DNA of 61,236 bases, counting the filler, from Platydemus manokwari (lineage: Eukaryota): NCBI GenBank assembly GCA_037951405.1. It is 6 parts of 6 records of this genome, joined end to end, with 100 filler letters (N's around TTAATTAATTAA, not from the genome) between each part and the next. Parts side by side here need not be neighbours in the genome. Positions count along the whole stretch, not along the records: positions 29,506 to 38,781 come from JBBMOY011272984.1; positions 38,882 to 51,812 come from JBBMOY011898053.1; positions 51,913 to 61,236 come from JBBMOY011264651.1; 3 more parts are not named here. One strand, 5' to 3'. Below are positions 38,361-51,981 of the stretch, piece by piece; the first letter of the stretch is position 1; every line of letters begins with the position of its first letter. Position numbers and translations under genes: made by a program. Below the pieces are notes generated by a model. It searched no databases. It was not told where the DNA came from and worked only from the letters and a program-made list of their open reading frames with translations.

Positions 38361-38781
38361 ATAAACATAGATTTCAATAATAAACTACTTCGAGTAAACT
38401 TGAAGAGTTGGGTTATGAGAGAACATTTGTAATTGTGAATTCCGAATATCATTAAGAAAAATAATTTGTTAAAAATGCTTCATTCATTCTAGATTTATTA
38501 TATTCGATGGATTGATTTATTCATTTCTTTATTATTTAAGTCAAATCATTCACGGATATAAAGAATCTATATCGATAATTGCTTGGCTAATTATTTTTTT
38601 AAAGATAATAAGATTCTTTTATAATAAGAAATATCTTTATTTATATAATCTTCAAAATAAAAATCGTCAAAACTGAAGTTCTTAAATTTATAATATCAAT
38701 TTATGGTACTTTCCTGTTATCCGGGATGCAGACAAAACAATTAATATATAAAATAATATTTAATCAATATATTTAAAATTT

Positions 38782-38881
38782 NNNNNNNNNNNNNNNNNNN
38801 NNNNNNNNNNNNNNNNNNNNNNNNNTTAATTAATTAANNNNNNNNNNNNNNNNNNNNNNNNNNNNNNNNNNNNNNNNNNNN
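38782..38881. other. Artificial contig spacer
   Basis: N44-TTAATTAATTAA-N44. Confidence 0.98.
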
Positions 38882-41800
38882 TTTAATGCATGGAGCCTAG
38901 TAAGATTTTTGCTCTGTGATCTGTTCCCCTTCTGATCACCTACTCATGCAATGTGACTAACTGTTATATTGTTTTCATATTGAATACTAATTAACAAAAA
39001 CATCTATTTGTGATAGATAGACTGACATTGTAATAAATAAGTATTGTTTATGATGCCATTGAATGGTAACCGTAAACAAGTTAATTATGGAATGGTGAAC
39101 GGAATTCTCAGATGTTTAAACCTTAAATCATCATCTCTTATTTAATAAAGATATAATCCCGAAAGACTCGATTATCACCAATTATTACAAAAATTAAAGG
39201 AACATCAATGGTAGAATGTAGATTTGAAAAATGATTTCGAATTAAGTTAATCCACTCTCCATTTGAAGAACTGCACGAAGAAAATACATTAAGTCAGTGT
39301 AGATATTTACGAATGAGTTGTTATCCATTATTATTTACTAGCATGACAATAAATAATATCGAAAATAACATTGCCCGATTTCAAGAACACAAACAAACAC
39401 TTTTTCCTGAAGAGAACTAACCAACATGTAAGCTGAAATCGATACCCTTGAAGTAGTCAGATTTATGAGGATATAGAATGCCGTGAACAAAAATGACAAA
39501 CCGATATTGGTTTCTATAAGCAAAACCCTCATCGACACACACACACATACAAGTGTGTTTGCTCAGATAACGGGGTCTTGAGATAAACGATGAATCTGAA
39601 TGAATTTATATCTGATCCATGTTTCCGGACAAAATTTGAAGCTTTCTCGAATCACCAGCAGCATTGAAATTCTTGTTAAAAGCACGATGATAATTTTGGT
39701 CGACTAAACAATTATAAACACCTTTGGCGCTCTCACTGTTTTTTTGGGTATTTCCGGAATCTAGTGATTGTGATTTGATAGTGGTTCGAAAGTTATTCAA
39801 TATAATTACTCGTTATAAGTGTAAGTAATTGTTTTTTTTTTAATTTTAATAACTTTTTTGTCATTTTTCAGGCTTCAGAATCGGTAGGAAATGAGTCGAT
39901 TTTAATACCGGACTCATTTCCCATTTTATGCTTTGTCAAAAATTCTTTTCTAGTGTAATTCTGTCTGCGACGATCAAAATAAATTATCTGAATTACAGAT
40001 ATTGATAATAGAATAAAAATGTTAATGAATTTGGTCACGAAAACTAACGAAACCAATCAATTCATTCTGACACAATAATGATTTGAAAGCCACATCAAAC
40101 AATATCTTCAGCAAATTATGAGTGCTTTAACCAAACAAATATCCGGCAGCCATTAAAGTAGTAGTAACTAAGTGCTAAATGTTGACACAAAACAGTGAAT
40201 AAAAACACATACCTATTTAACTTGGTCTTATATTTTTTGTTGAACAAATAAATGTGCTCAACGCATTCTAAGCGGTACCACTACCGAGAAAACCAACGAA
40301 AGAAATATTGTTTTAAATCGTATGTGCGACTGTGGTATTGTTGGTATACTTGGTCTGGGAGATGAGTAAGATTTTCGAATATGGATTTTAAACTCTTATA
40401 GTTTGCAATGGTGGGGGATTCGGTTAAATATTTATTATCTATTTGAGTTAGTTCTTTGATTCTCTTCGAATATGCATATAAGATCGCTTTTAGTTTACTT
40501 TAAAATGCTATTTATGTTCACTTGTTACCCAATCACGAATTTATAGTTGTAATCTTTTTATAAACATGAATCATTTTAATGTCAAAAATATTGTTTTTAC
40601 TTTAGTTTACCATAATACCAATTTTCCTTGTGCTGTCGCAATAATATTTAGGAATGATAATAATGCTATCAATATTTTAAGTAAATTCATGAATAGAAAA
40701 TTTGAAGGTTTCTATTTATTTTGAAGTACAGGGGATATTATCCCTTTACATATGATATACAAAAATAACACACACATTCAAATAAAGTCTCTTTGATAAA
40801 CACGTGCATTTCAATCTCGATCTTCGGTGATTTTTATATCGGAATTGTTAAACTTGCTATAGCAGTTCTTCAGCCGCCTATTATTTTCTTTTTAATAACT
40901 GCATTTTTTAAAATATTTTTGGTAGCAAAGTTTCTTGGTTACATGTTGATTATATTGTTTTATTTTAGTCTTTGAATAATAATATTATTTAAAATTATTT
41001 TTACTGGAAAAATGTGTGATCTATTTTTTCAACATTAATATTTACTTGATGTTCTTGCATTAATAGATAATAAGAAATCCTATTGACAATCTTAAAATTA
41101 TAATGAAAGATATTAAACTCCCAATAATATAATTACTTCCAGCTATTGATTAAAAAACTCTTGCCAAATTAGTTTTGATTTGTGAGAAAAAAAATATTTA
41201 TTCGTTCCCAGTCGGTAACGCCTACTTTTTCGAAAATGATATTATAATAAGAACAATATGTTTATGAAATTGAATTGAATTTATTTATTTATCAATAATA
41301 AACTACTTATTTTTAAAAGTAATATAATTTCATTTTTTATTTTGCAATTGAAAGAAATTGAATTTATTAACTAGTTGAACTGCATAAATATTAGAAATAA
41401 TTTTAGTTGATTGACAAATCTGTCATTCTATGAGAGTTATATTTAACTTTTCGAACTAGTACAATTGTGTCGATCGAAATAGGTTCCTAATTTCATTTCC
41501 ATGGTTTCAAATAAAAAAATATTAACGAAGAAAATCAAAAGGATTTATAAATTGAGATGGATCAGAAAATTGTTACTCCGTCAACAGTTAATAATCATGA
41601 ATTTAGACTACCATTTATATGGTGTATTTATGTCGGCTTAAAAGAAAATTGAAAATAATCACAAATTAAACCCACAAGTTGATCTACATGGAAGTTATTT
41701 GTATGTTTTATTATTTTTCTCGTCAAAGCACTCGCCTTGGTTTGAACAATCACAACTCATTTTTAGAAAGAATGAGTTTGAGATTAAAAAAAATATTGTG

Positions 41801-43397
41801 TTATTAATACTTCTAAATCAAATATGTCCATTTACTGTACTGATTAGTTGTTTTAATAATCGAGTTTTGTTAGCTTTGTAAAATAATTTGGTGTCCATTT
41901 CAATTTTTCTAATTATGGTAACTGTTCATGATCTTTCATATCGATATTTATATATATATATATTTTCGTCATATTAAATGCACTTATGTGAAATTCCATG
42001 TATGTGAAATTCCATATATACATAACTCGAAAAAAAGTTTTTAATTACACATCGAGAGCCTCTGAATGATTTTGATACTTTATAATTGTTACATGATAAA
42101 GACTTCATGACATCAATGGCAGCTGAACCAAGAGTACAAACGATGAAATCCAATTATTTTTATCGTGGAATATTAAATGACAAAAACTTGTGGCAATTTC
42201 AACAATTCAAACCCTGTGTGACAATTTTATAAAAAATATGTGATATTAAATATACAAATTGAAATTTTATTTAAAACTTAAACATAAATAAACTCTTTGA
42301 TTTTTTGTACTGGAATCGATTTTTATGGATTATGTTATCGTCATAGGTAGAGTTTCATTCAGATAATGATGATTTTAAGACCGATTTATCAGCTGGAATG
42401 AATTTCAGTATTTTGAAATTCAAATAGAATTTGATTTGAATAAGTATTGTGCTAATTTTTAGTACCATTCTGACGTGATCAGGGATAAAATGCGATCAGA
42501 GATAAATTAATCACAAAACAGGCACAAAGAAAATTATATAATTTAGGAATAGATGCCAAAATTAGACTTTTTGCAAAAAGAAGCTAGAGAATTCATTGTG
42601 GTTAGAGGATCTGTAAAAGTCACTGGAGAGTGTAAAGGAGAATTATATAAAAAGTTGATAAAGCTGTAGTAATGAAAGAAGATTCCGTCGAAATACGACC
42701 ATGGGACGGTGTATTTAATGAATTGACAAATGCAAAATCATCCTTTCTGCAACTCAAAACCCAAAAGTTGCCAAACTTAAAAATAAGTTTTCGTATATAA
42801 TATAAAATTATCGGATTGTAATTTGGCTTTTCTAACAGACACTAATTTAATGGAAGTTAAAGGTGAACGTGTAAATGAAGCCATTAGTAGTCTACCTTTC
42901 GAACTATTGGTAAGATAAAAGACATTCTAGTAAGAACGAAGTGAATCCCAATTGTGCTGATGTCAACCTTGATCTAAAATGGAATGCACTTCGTCAGAAA
43001 AGACACAACAGCAAAATGTGGTAAATTAGTGTATCAGGCCCACTATAAAGTGCTATATGCTTCCAAAATAAAACTATAAAATATCAAAGAAAAGTCCACA
43101 ACGGTGACATAAGACTGGCTCAGTATTTTAGCAATTAACTGAAGTAGACTTTTCTTTTCGACCAAAATACAGTCCCTCATATATAGGATTGGAACGAAAG
43201 TCTTGTCCGATAGAAAATAATATTTATTTAACCAACAAAGACAATATGTGAATCTAGAAATATAAAAAAACATCAATCGTCTGTAAATCTAACAATTTTC
43301 AATGTTTTATGAAGAAATTTTTAGCTTAAATGCATTATTAAATCCTTTTTTAAATGTTTAATTTCTATCTTATAATTATTTAACTGTTTCAGATAGC

Positions 43398-44049
43398 TAT
43401 TAGGTTGGTGCAAAAATAATGGCCGTTATCTAACAGCAACTTTAAAAGACTATAACTCGCTTAAAAAATAAGTTTATTAATCAAAATATTATTTTGTAAC
43501 ATATGATGGAGTTTAAGCGAAGCAACTTGAAAAAGCTAACGTATTTTTTGTGGAAAGATAGAATGAATGAAGAAGATTAACTCCGTGCTTGGCACCGGTA
43601 CTGTGTCTGCGAGAAACTGCTATCGACTAATTGCAAAATTCATTATAGGTAATTTCGTCGTTGATGAAGAGGAAAGTGGTCTACTAGTGGTTAAAGATAA
43701 TGTATAAATCAAAGAGTTTCTAACATACGACAAATATGCTAGGTCTCGTAATACTACAGAAGAGCTGTCACTGTCCCACATAACAGTACTTCGACACTTG
43801 CAACAAATGGGAAAGCAGTACTTTAAGAACAGAGGGCTACCACATTTTTGTCAGACGAAAATAAAGTCAACGGGGAAAGAATATACGGCGAATTGTTGGC
43901 CATGCACCAACGGAACTTTGGAAAAGCGATTCGCTTCAAAACCTGCGGAATTCTATGAAAACAGCATAAAACAACTTCCAGAACGCGGGCAAAAGTGTGT
44001 AGACTTTAATGGTGACTATTTTCAACATTTCAGACTTGCAGATGAATGA
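43398..44049 (+). mobile_element. Internally deleted mariner element (cecropia/Hsmar1-like TIR)
   Basis: 5' TIR TA+TTAGGTTGGTGCAAAAATAATGGCCGTT; HTH region INSVLGTGTVSAR..., SHITVLRHLQQMGK; C-terminus FASKPAEFYENSIKQLPERGQKCVDFNGDYF. DD34D core missing; 3' TIR not found. Confidence 0.88.
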
Positions 44050-44834
44050 TGTTTTGTTTATATTTTTCAATTTACATATTTTCTTTATTGGTTAAATAAT
44101 AATAAACAAACCCAAAAGCAGTAGCACCGGCAAAAATTGGATATTTGATCGCGGTCTAAGTGAGGCACTATACAGTTACAGATGCAAAGAAATATCAGTG
44201 CAAATAATGAAACATTATATGTATACAAACAAGCTTCAAATCAAAGTTGACGGAAAACTGCGATTCATGGCACAGGTAGCTTGAATCATCTGAGAGAAGG
44301 AACGAAATCCAAATGCTTAAGATGCTAAAATAATGGTTCCAGGTGCAAAATCGTTTTTTATTTTTGTGACATTTCATATTCCATTTAGATACATGTGAAC
44401 TCATCCATAAATGAGAAAGACCTAATAACATTTTATTATTCGCTTATAATAATTCAGAAAAGAACATTAAATAGTTAGTAGTAACATGATTTCACGAAAT
44501 TTGATTTTAAAATCTCTCCAAATACGTGTATAATAATAAATATATAAAATTGAATATTCCTAGATGACTTCGAATATACATAGGGGATTTTTATATCTAT
44601 CCGATTTTAATAGAATTTCACACAGGTGAATTTATTTCAATACATTCTGATCAATTTTTTCCAGTTAAGAAATTTAAACAACCATAGCATTTATACAAAA
44701 ACCAACCTTAATGACATTTATTAATATTATTATTTGAAACAGGTATTTAAACAAAACCATAATGAACATATTCCATAGTATGCCAACGGAAACAATACAA
44801 GATTAAGCGTTTTCATGGACTAATTAATTATCAT

Positions 44835-45483
44835 GGATCAATTGAAGAACATCCCCCCTAGACTTGTTCAGGGTGGAGATTCTTCAATTGCACATATTTA
44901 ATAAATCTATTGTGTTTCAAACATCTACTTATATCGTGAATTGTTACAACTTATTTCGTAAGATGTGTGGACGAAGTTCTGCTTCAACTTTGCGGGGTTT
45001 GGGTATAGTTGATACCAGTGTAAGACTCACAATGGGTTATATGGAAATTGTGAATAAAAGAGAGGCGAACACACTTTAACCCATTGTTCAAGCAGTCGGA
45101 CGACTTGGGTCTATATATACATGGGCGAATGGAGTTCATAGAGGAATTTGCAAGGTCTTAGATTTACTCACAGGATAGTTCATCATTCTGTGAACTTCGT
45201 TAATCCAATAAATGGAGTTCACACACTATATGTTGAGTTTTACTGGAACAAGTAAAAGGCTCAAATAAAGAATATGCGTGGTTGTCGAAGAGAATTTTTA
45301 TACTCATACATATTATAATTTATGTGGAAAAACTAATTTGGTGTGAATTGATTTGTAAATCCATACCAATACATTTCTTTGCAATATCCTCAATCAATAA
45401 ATTTGGTTAAGACTTGACATATTTTGATTGAATATTTGATTTATTGTTTATTAATTTTGGGATTGAAATTCTTCAATTGATCC
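44835..45483 (+). mobile_element. Merlin (IS1595/ISXO2-like) DNA transposon, non-autonomous, 649 bp
   Basis: Perfect 15-bp TIR GGATCAATTGAAGAA (44835-44849 / 45469-45483); 8-bp TSD ATTATCAT / ATTATCAG; internal LGIVDT...VNKREANTL*PIVQ, VHHSVNFVNPINGVHTLYVEFYW, FLYSYIL*FMW. Confidence 0.9.
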
Positions 45484-46025
45484 ATTATCAGAATATTCAC
45501 ACAAAATCAATCATTAATATTATTAATTATCTGTAACCCAATGTGAAAACAATCTGCAAACAACGTCAGTGTTAGTCCAAAACAATAAACATTAAAAAAT
45601 TAAATGAAACACGGCAGCGCGAAATAATGTTTACGTTGATAAACCAGGCTTAGGGAGAAATAAATTTTTATTTGAATTTCTTTTTGAATTGAATAATCAA
45701 CACCCATCAATTTGTTCCGAATAAAATTCGAAGGCAAACACAAATTGTTGACAGAATCTTTTCCGAAACATTCACCAAAAATTAGTTATTCGAATTGGAT
45801 ATCAGCCGGAATGGGGAATGTTTTATATTGTACGATCGAAATAAGTAGAACAATTTACTGAGTCCATTATCAAATAATATTTTTGATTATCTAATCATGT
45901 ATCAAGTGAATCAACCCGAATTTCTTTGAAAACCTAGCAGAAATATTGATGATTGACTGATCGAAGATAAGATCTGTATCACTATATTGAAAGCAAATAA
46001 TTATGAAAACATTAATAATGAAATT

Positions 46026-46027
<2 letters not shown>

Positions 46028-46084
<57 letters not shown>
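46028..46084. repeat. (AAT)n microsatellite
   Basis: About 19 tandem AAT units. Confidence 0.95.
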
Positions 46085-46087
<3 letters not shown>

Positions 46088-46777
46088 TTAATTCCCAAAC
46101 GAATTATCGATTATTTTGAATATTGTTTCAACATATTAAAGATAGATATTCTTTGTAAGAGTGGGAAAAGTTGGTAATGGTTGTCAGTGATCAATTATTT
46201 GTTTCTGGAAATGCTATTAATCAAATATTGACACCATCTACCAGGTAAAATATTGACGCGAATATGAAATCGGTTTTCAATGAAATTCTCTTCAAACAAC
46301 TTCACGAGGCTGGTTGACATTGGAAAAATACAAAACCAGATTTATAAAACATCGAATGATATGATTTCTTTTTCGAGTATATAAAAATGGTTGTCTTCTT
46401 TTGTGTTCTGGGTATAGTTTCGATGTTTCTGTCCCGATGGAACATGCTATTATTAGTCATCACACATATACACACATACATACACACGCTATATATATTT
46501 GATTCGTGACAAGAATTCCAATTATTTGAAAATAAAAATTATTTTCTGCACACTGAAATATGGGTGCAATTGTAATTTTTTTAATGGAAATCCACATTTG
46601 AATTTGAATCCATAAAGGGGAAAGAAAACAAACAATACCAATCGATTTCTTAGATTAATTGTTTTATATTTGATTTCTTGATAACAAATCATCCGATTAC
46701 GTAATTTCCGATGTTTGTTTTTAATCACTTCCATGCTGTGCTTGTTGTGTGCAGAGTTGAATTGATTATTTTAAAAG

Positions 46778-46972
46778 AGATTTCGTTTTGGAAAAATCAT
46801 TTTCAAATCAAATAATCACCAAATGAGTTTCATCGTCAGCATGATGGGTTTTGGATTTTTCGTCCTATTTGTTGGTGTAGGCTATTATTTGTACAAGCGA
46901 TTCATCAGAAAATCAAATAAAAACAATTTGAAATACAATGTGTTTGTTAATAAAGACATCATCAGTATTTGA
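46778..46972 (+). CDS. Probable terminal exon of a single-pass membrane protein
   Basis: After an AAAAG acceptor, 64 open codons: ...SFIVSMMGFGFFVLFVGVGYYLY-KRFIRK...DIISI*. This is a hydrophobic helix followed by a basic stop-transfer cluster. Confidence 0.5.
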   Translation, partial: RFRFGKIIFKSNNHQMSFIVSMMGFGFFVLFVGVGYYLYKRFIRKSNKNNLKYNVFVNKDIISI

Positions 46973-49403
46973 TGAGAAGATTTTCGTGAAATTATTTTGT
47001 GATGTGGAAAATATAATTTTTGCTATTGAGTTCAATGTATATTTTAGAGTGGTTTCATTAATAATGTTTATTGAAATTTCAACAATAAATTACTAATTTA
47101 ATCTAATGTTTTTATTAATGTCTTATTTTCAAGTACATTCCTATTATATATGCGTTATGATAACAGGATTGAAAATCTAGAAACTAAGCACTTGAATTAT
47201 CTTCAAAAATTACCGCATTTTCGATAAATGAGAAGTAAACTTTATTTATTGACAAAGCTGGGGGATGGATACGAAAATGATAAATGGAATAGCTCTTGCT
47301 TTTATAAAATCGAATATAAATGCGATCAATCTGCAATGAAGATTCCACACAACAAAGACGACAGGAAGACTGGGTCAGAATTGATTGAAACGTTGAATTT
47401 ATTGTATGATTGAACCAGCAAATTGTAATCAATGTAACGATCGAAGGAAATAGCCATTTCCATCCCATAATCGATATTTATTTGTATATCTTTAGCTATA
47501 AATTTATTTATAGGCATTTTTCTGCTCTCTCGTAGCGGTAAACATATCTTATTATGATAAATAAATATAATATTTCTTTGTTATTCAGCATGTAAAATTG
47601 AAGAGTCTACTTTGTTAAATAGAGATGATATAAGTATAAATCACGATTTTGAAAATGAAGCCATCAAGTGGTAATTGAAGGGATTATCAAAAATAAATCA
47701 AAATTATTTCAAATGCATATAAAATATTTCATTCATAAGTCCTTGGAACACAAGGATCACACACTAAAATCTTACCAAGAATTTTGCATAACAAAGAGTC
47801 CGTAGATCATCTTTCGTAAAATATCAGCTCAGTGACACTCTTGATATTTCAGAATATTTTTTTTATAAATTTCAACTTGTTAATGCTTTATAAGGTTAAA
47901 CGAGTGTTTGCAAACAAAGCCAATACACTTCCAAATTCTATTGATAACTCGCTTATTGAGGGACGTTTTGATGTTCTTCACAAATAGGATTATACTGGTT
48001 TCCTTTATTTGACGCTTCTTTAATCTGAAACTCGATATTGAAAGCAAAAAAATGTGTGACAAGCAAATGACGTAACTGCATATCGATTAAAATTATCTGA
48101 TTTTGTAATATAATTTGATTTGTTTGCGTTGAAATAAATATAATCCATCAGTGATTTTGTAATCAGGATTAATTTTATTTACTAATGGTGTTAGCTATTT
48201 TGATTTTCTAAAAACACAATTAAAAACGAAGCTATAAAGTAATTTAAAGATCCCATAAATACTTAGAAGCATTATTTTTATTTACAGAACATGGTGATTA
48301 CCAAAACCTACAAATACCTAATATATGAGCCATAAAAATTATATTTCAGATATATAAATACAAGAATACATCAAGTGAAATTAAGTAAGGCTTACTCAAA
48401 ATAGTAGATTTATGAGTAACTGACACATGGTGATGTGAATCAACATTACTAAGCAACTATACACCATGGTGATGAACATAAATTAGCTAATGACTAAATT
48501 AACTAACAAGACAACAGCGAAGAGGGACAACACATATTCGATCATTTACTACGGATTTCATTTCATAATATAATTTATCAACTCATTATCTTATTTCTTA
48601 AGCAGAATTTCCAATCACCATTACCGGAATATTAAGCATTATTAATTTATATTCGCAAACAAGGTATTTGCTCAAACCAATTCAATTTCAATTCTATACT
48701 GAAATATGGTAATCATTATTCTTACTATTATTAACTTATTTGCATCTGTCTCTGACACTAAATTCGTTGTGAATCATTAATTATACTAACTCCACAAAGT
48801 CCAGCTATAATTTGTCGGAGCATAAAATCGAAAGATTCTTTAGTTTTGCTTTAAAGTAGGGCACCTGTCAGTACCTTTGATCGATATTTTTCATTATTGA
48901 GGTCTTTATACTGCTTTCTTTAAACGCTACCTACTACACAATTTATTGTTCTTTATTCGATTAGTAGTGCTCTCCTAATTATCCTTTAGAAGTCAGATTT
49001 TTTGTGGAAGCATCAATTATCGTTTGAGTCATCAAAAATATCTTATTGATTTAAATCTATTAAAATCATTTAATTGAATTACAATTGTAAATTAATGAAA
49101 TTTTTAAGCATATGGTGTTGAATATTGTATTAATTTTGAAAATTTTTTAATCAGTTTTTTATTTTTATAAACATATACCGCTGCAGAAAAATTACATCGC
49201 AGAAAAATTGAGAAACAATTAAAATGTCATCATTTAGAGACATGATAACTTGTTCCCTAAAATATTTGCACCAACTACATAAAACAAATTCTACATAATA
49301 ACAATAATACGATTGAATAGTAAGAGGAAGAAAACAAAAGCTAGAAATTCCAAAATGTAACAATCAATTACCGTGGATATTTGAAACGTTTTGTCGTTTT
49401 AAT

Positions 49404-50342
49404 TTAAGATGGGGTGACGGTAGTTTGTTTGTTTGGTTTTATAATTTTGAAGGGAAACAACTTCAAAGCTTCCTGTCGAATTTTCTTGTTCAGCGTTAAA
49501 TAAACAATTGGATTGACTATCGAATTATTGAGAATGGAAAACGATAAATATCGTTTCCATAAATTACAATTTAGGAGATTATTACTTTCGATATAAACTG
49601 CCACCGGATACAGACCACAATTGATATTGACAACAACGTAGTTGATTATCATGATATGAACAAATCTTCTTTGTTTTTTATCTACTAACGAATGGCCAGG
49701 CCCAATAATGCTCTTGATCTTTAAAGCTTGAAGACATCTCAAGATGCAAAACGTTGAGATTTGAAAAGGTGGTACATATATCACTAAAGAAATGAAAAGT
49801 ATGACTTGCCAATTGCTGGAATAAATGCAACTCAACATACTGGGACTATAATATGGATTCATGAATGAATTCCAAGGAGAAGGCAGAAGAAAACAAGGTA
49901 TCACCAATAACATGAAAATACTTACTACCAAGAGTATCATAATTGCTGTATTTTTAGTGGACAACATATTTTTGTATTTCGTTGGATAACATATAGCTAC
50001 GAATCGAGTGAATGCCAATACAACGTGATGATAAAAAATGCAACATGTGATTAAGACCCCAATCATTGTAGTCAATGCACAATTGTCTTCGGTGAATTGT
50101 ATAAAATCTACTGACATCATATTCAGTAGAAATGATATCGTGGCAAATGGTGCAAAAATTAAATAGCAGATAGTCAAGGTAAACATGGGGAGAATTCCCC
50201 CTTTACGAAATTCCGGATTGAATCTTGCGACAACGACAATGATGGCATTACCTAATATTGAAAGCATACAGATAGATATCAAATAAAAGAAAGTCACTAG
50301 ATGACCACCACATTCCTTAATTCGATAGATTGTTCGATTCAT
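49404..50342 (-). CDS. Intronless divergent rhodopsin-like (class A) GPCR, orphan/chemoreceptor-like, 312 aa
   Basis: Seven hydrophobic segments; GN in TM1, Cys at the top of TM3 and in ECL2, LAFTRFVAICYP (DRY region), TM5 and TM6 prolines, NSIVNPIVY (NPxxY), basic helix 8. Confidence 0.92.
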   Translation of the reverse strand: MNRTIYRIKECGGHLVTFFYLISICMLSILGNAIIVVVARFNPEFRKGGILPMFTLTICYLIFAPFATISFLLNMMSVDFIQFTEDNCALTTMIGVLITCCIFYHHVVLAFTRFVAICYPTKYKNMLSTKNTAIMILLVVSIFMLLVIPCFLLPSPWNSFMNPYYSPSMLSCIYSSNWQVILFISLVIYVPPFQISTFCILRCLQALKIKSIIGPGHSLVDKKQRRFVHIMIINYVVVNINCGLYPVAVYIESNNLLNCNLWKRYLSFSILNNSIVNPIVYLTLNKKIRQEALKLFPFKIIKPNKQTTVTPS

Positions 50343-51458
50343 TGTTGAATAATCATGGCAATCATATTCCAGAAACTAAAACCAAGAATAATAAATTGTA
50401 AAAATATTATGCAATTTCCACCATGGATACGACATTTTTATTGGCAGATAAATTGTTCTGATAATATGGATGTATGTTTGTATTACTAATAAACTGAATG
50501 CACTTAGTGATTAATGCACGATATTCAGAGGATTTTGAAAGGAAAATTGTTTCATATTCCATTTGGTGACAAGAACGAATTAATCAAAAATATTTGTGAA
50601 ATAAAATAAAATAAAATATTAATGGAACAAATACATGGTAAAAGAAAGGATAAATAAAATAATGGTAAATTAAGCGATTGATACAAATTGGTTAACCGAT
50701 TCCGAGGGATATTTCAATGATAAAAAATGATGGGCATCATTTTGAATTGGTAATTTTAACTTTTATTTATTCAATCAACCTTGTGAGATTATATTGGCCG
50801 AGAAGACTGATCATGCTAAACCACATTCCAATAATTATAATGGACATAAAACCATGGAAACGGGATGATGATAATTTTGCGACATGACATGGTAGTTTAT
50901 TTTGGAATTTGAACGTATTTCACATTTATCACATTGTGTAGGTGAATACAAAGGAAATGCCGATATTATTTGTCTTTCATTGATTCAGATTCGTATGAAA
51001 GTGGTTAAAATAAGAAGCTAAATTTTCAATGGGAGGAAATTTACTGTTTAATATTTCTTTATCAAGACTGGAATCTAATATGGATTTTTTTAACTCGAAA
51101 TTGATGCATCTATTATGACTTGATGAATTTCATATTTTTACCAAGTTAACTCTGCTATAGTAAGCAAAATTGAAAAATATTCTTTAATCAACTTGCCTCA
51201 TCTTTTATGTAATATATTATTACTTCTTGACTTGGATATATAATTACTTCTTACGATTTTCAAAGATTTTATAATCCACCTGTAACTTTATTTCGTGTTT
51301 TTCCTTGAAATATTTGTAGGATCTACCAAATATATCTGAAATCTGTTTTTTCATTTGTGTCTTTGTGGTCTGCTTCATTTCAACTATACATGTGTCAAAA
51401 CACATTGTTACCCGCTACTATTTTAAAAACCAACTGAAAAGTCAAGACACCAAAAATC

Positions 51459-51725
51459 GGCTAAAGTTACAAAAATGGTCCTAAAATGAAATTTTAAATT
51501 TGTTGAATGTATTGCAAAATTCTATATAGTTTATTTATTTATATTCGTTAAAAAAATTTGAATTTTTTATTTAAGTACTTAAAAAGAATTTTAGTTGTTT
51601 GAAATCAAATATTAAATAGACTAGAGTTTAAAAATTTCATAAAAATCATTATTTAAAAAATGACAAAAGTAGGTCGAATTGCAATTTATTGAAAATTAGC
51701 GAGGACCCCTTTTTTAACATTAGAA
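51459..51725 (+). mobile_element. MITE-like element, short copy
   Basis: Left GGCTAAAGTTACAAAAATGGTCC, right GGACCCCTTTTTTAACATTAG; interior clearly homologous to 58560-58790. Confidence 0.7.
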
Positions 51726-51812
51726 GTAAATTGAGTGATATTCTCAATTTTTACAAGTAGTTTATAAAAATAAGCAATATTATTAAACACATTTGTAATT
51801 AACTAATTCGAT

Positions 51813-51912
51813 NNNNNNNNNNNNNNNNNNNNNNNNNNNNNNNNNNNNNNNNNNNNTTAATTAATTAANNNNNNNNNNNNNNNNNNNNNNNNNNNNNNNN
51901 NNNNNNNNNNNN
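51813..51912. other. Artificial contig spacer
   Basis: N44-TTAATTAATTAA-N44. Confidence 0.98.
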
Positions 51913-51950
51913 ATTTATTCATTGAAATACAAATTTTAACTCATTTTTGT

Positions 51951-51981
51951 AAAAGCCGGAATCATACTAATACACCTAATA
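51951..51981 (-). mobile_element. Mariner-type TIR (element body lies in the gap)
   Basis: Exact 31-bp reverse complement of 61163-61193. TA+TTAGGTGTATTAGTATGA resembles the Mos1 end TCAGGTGTACAAGTATGA. Confidence 0.7.

Noticed and set aside
39338-40080. Exon-like ORFs on both strands
   Set aside because: Splice-like signals exist, but every joining I tried meets a stop, and there is no recognisable domain.
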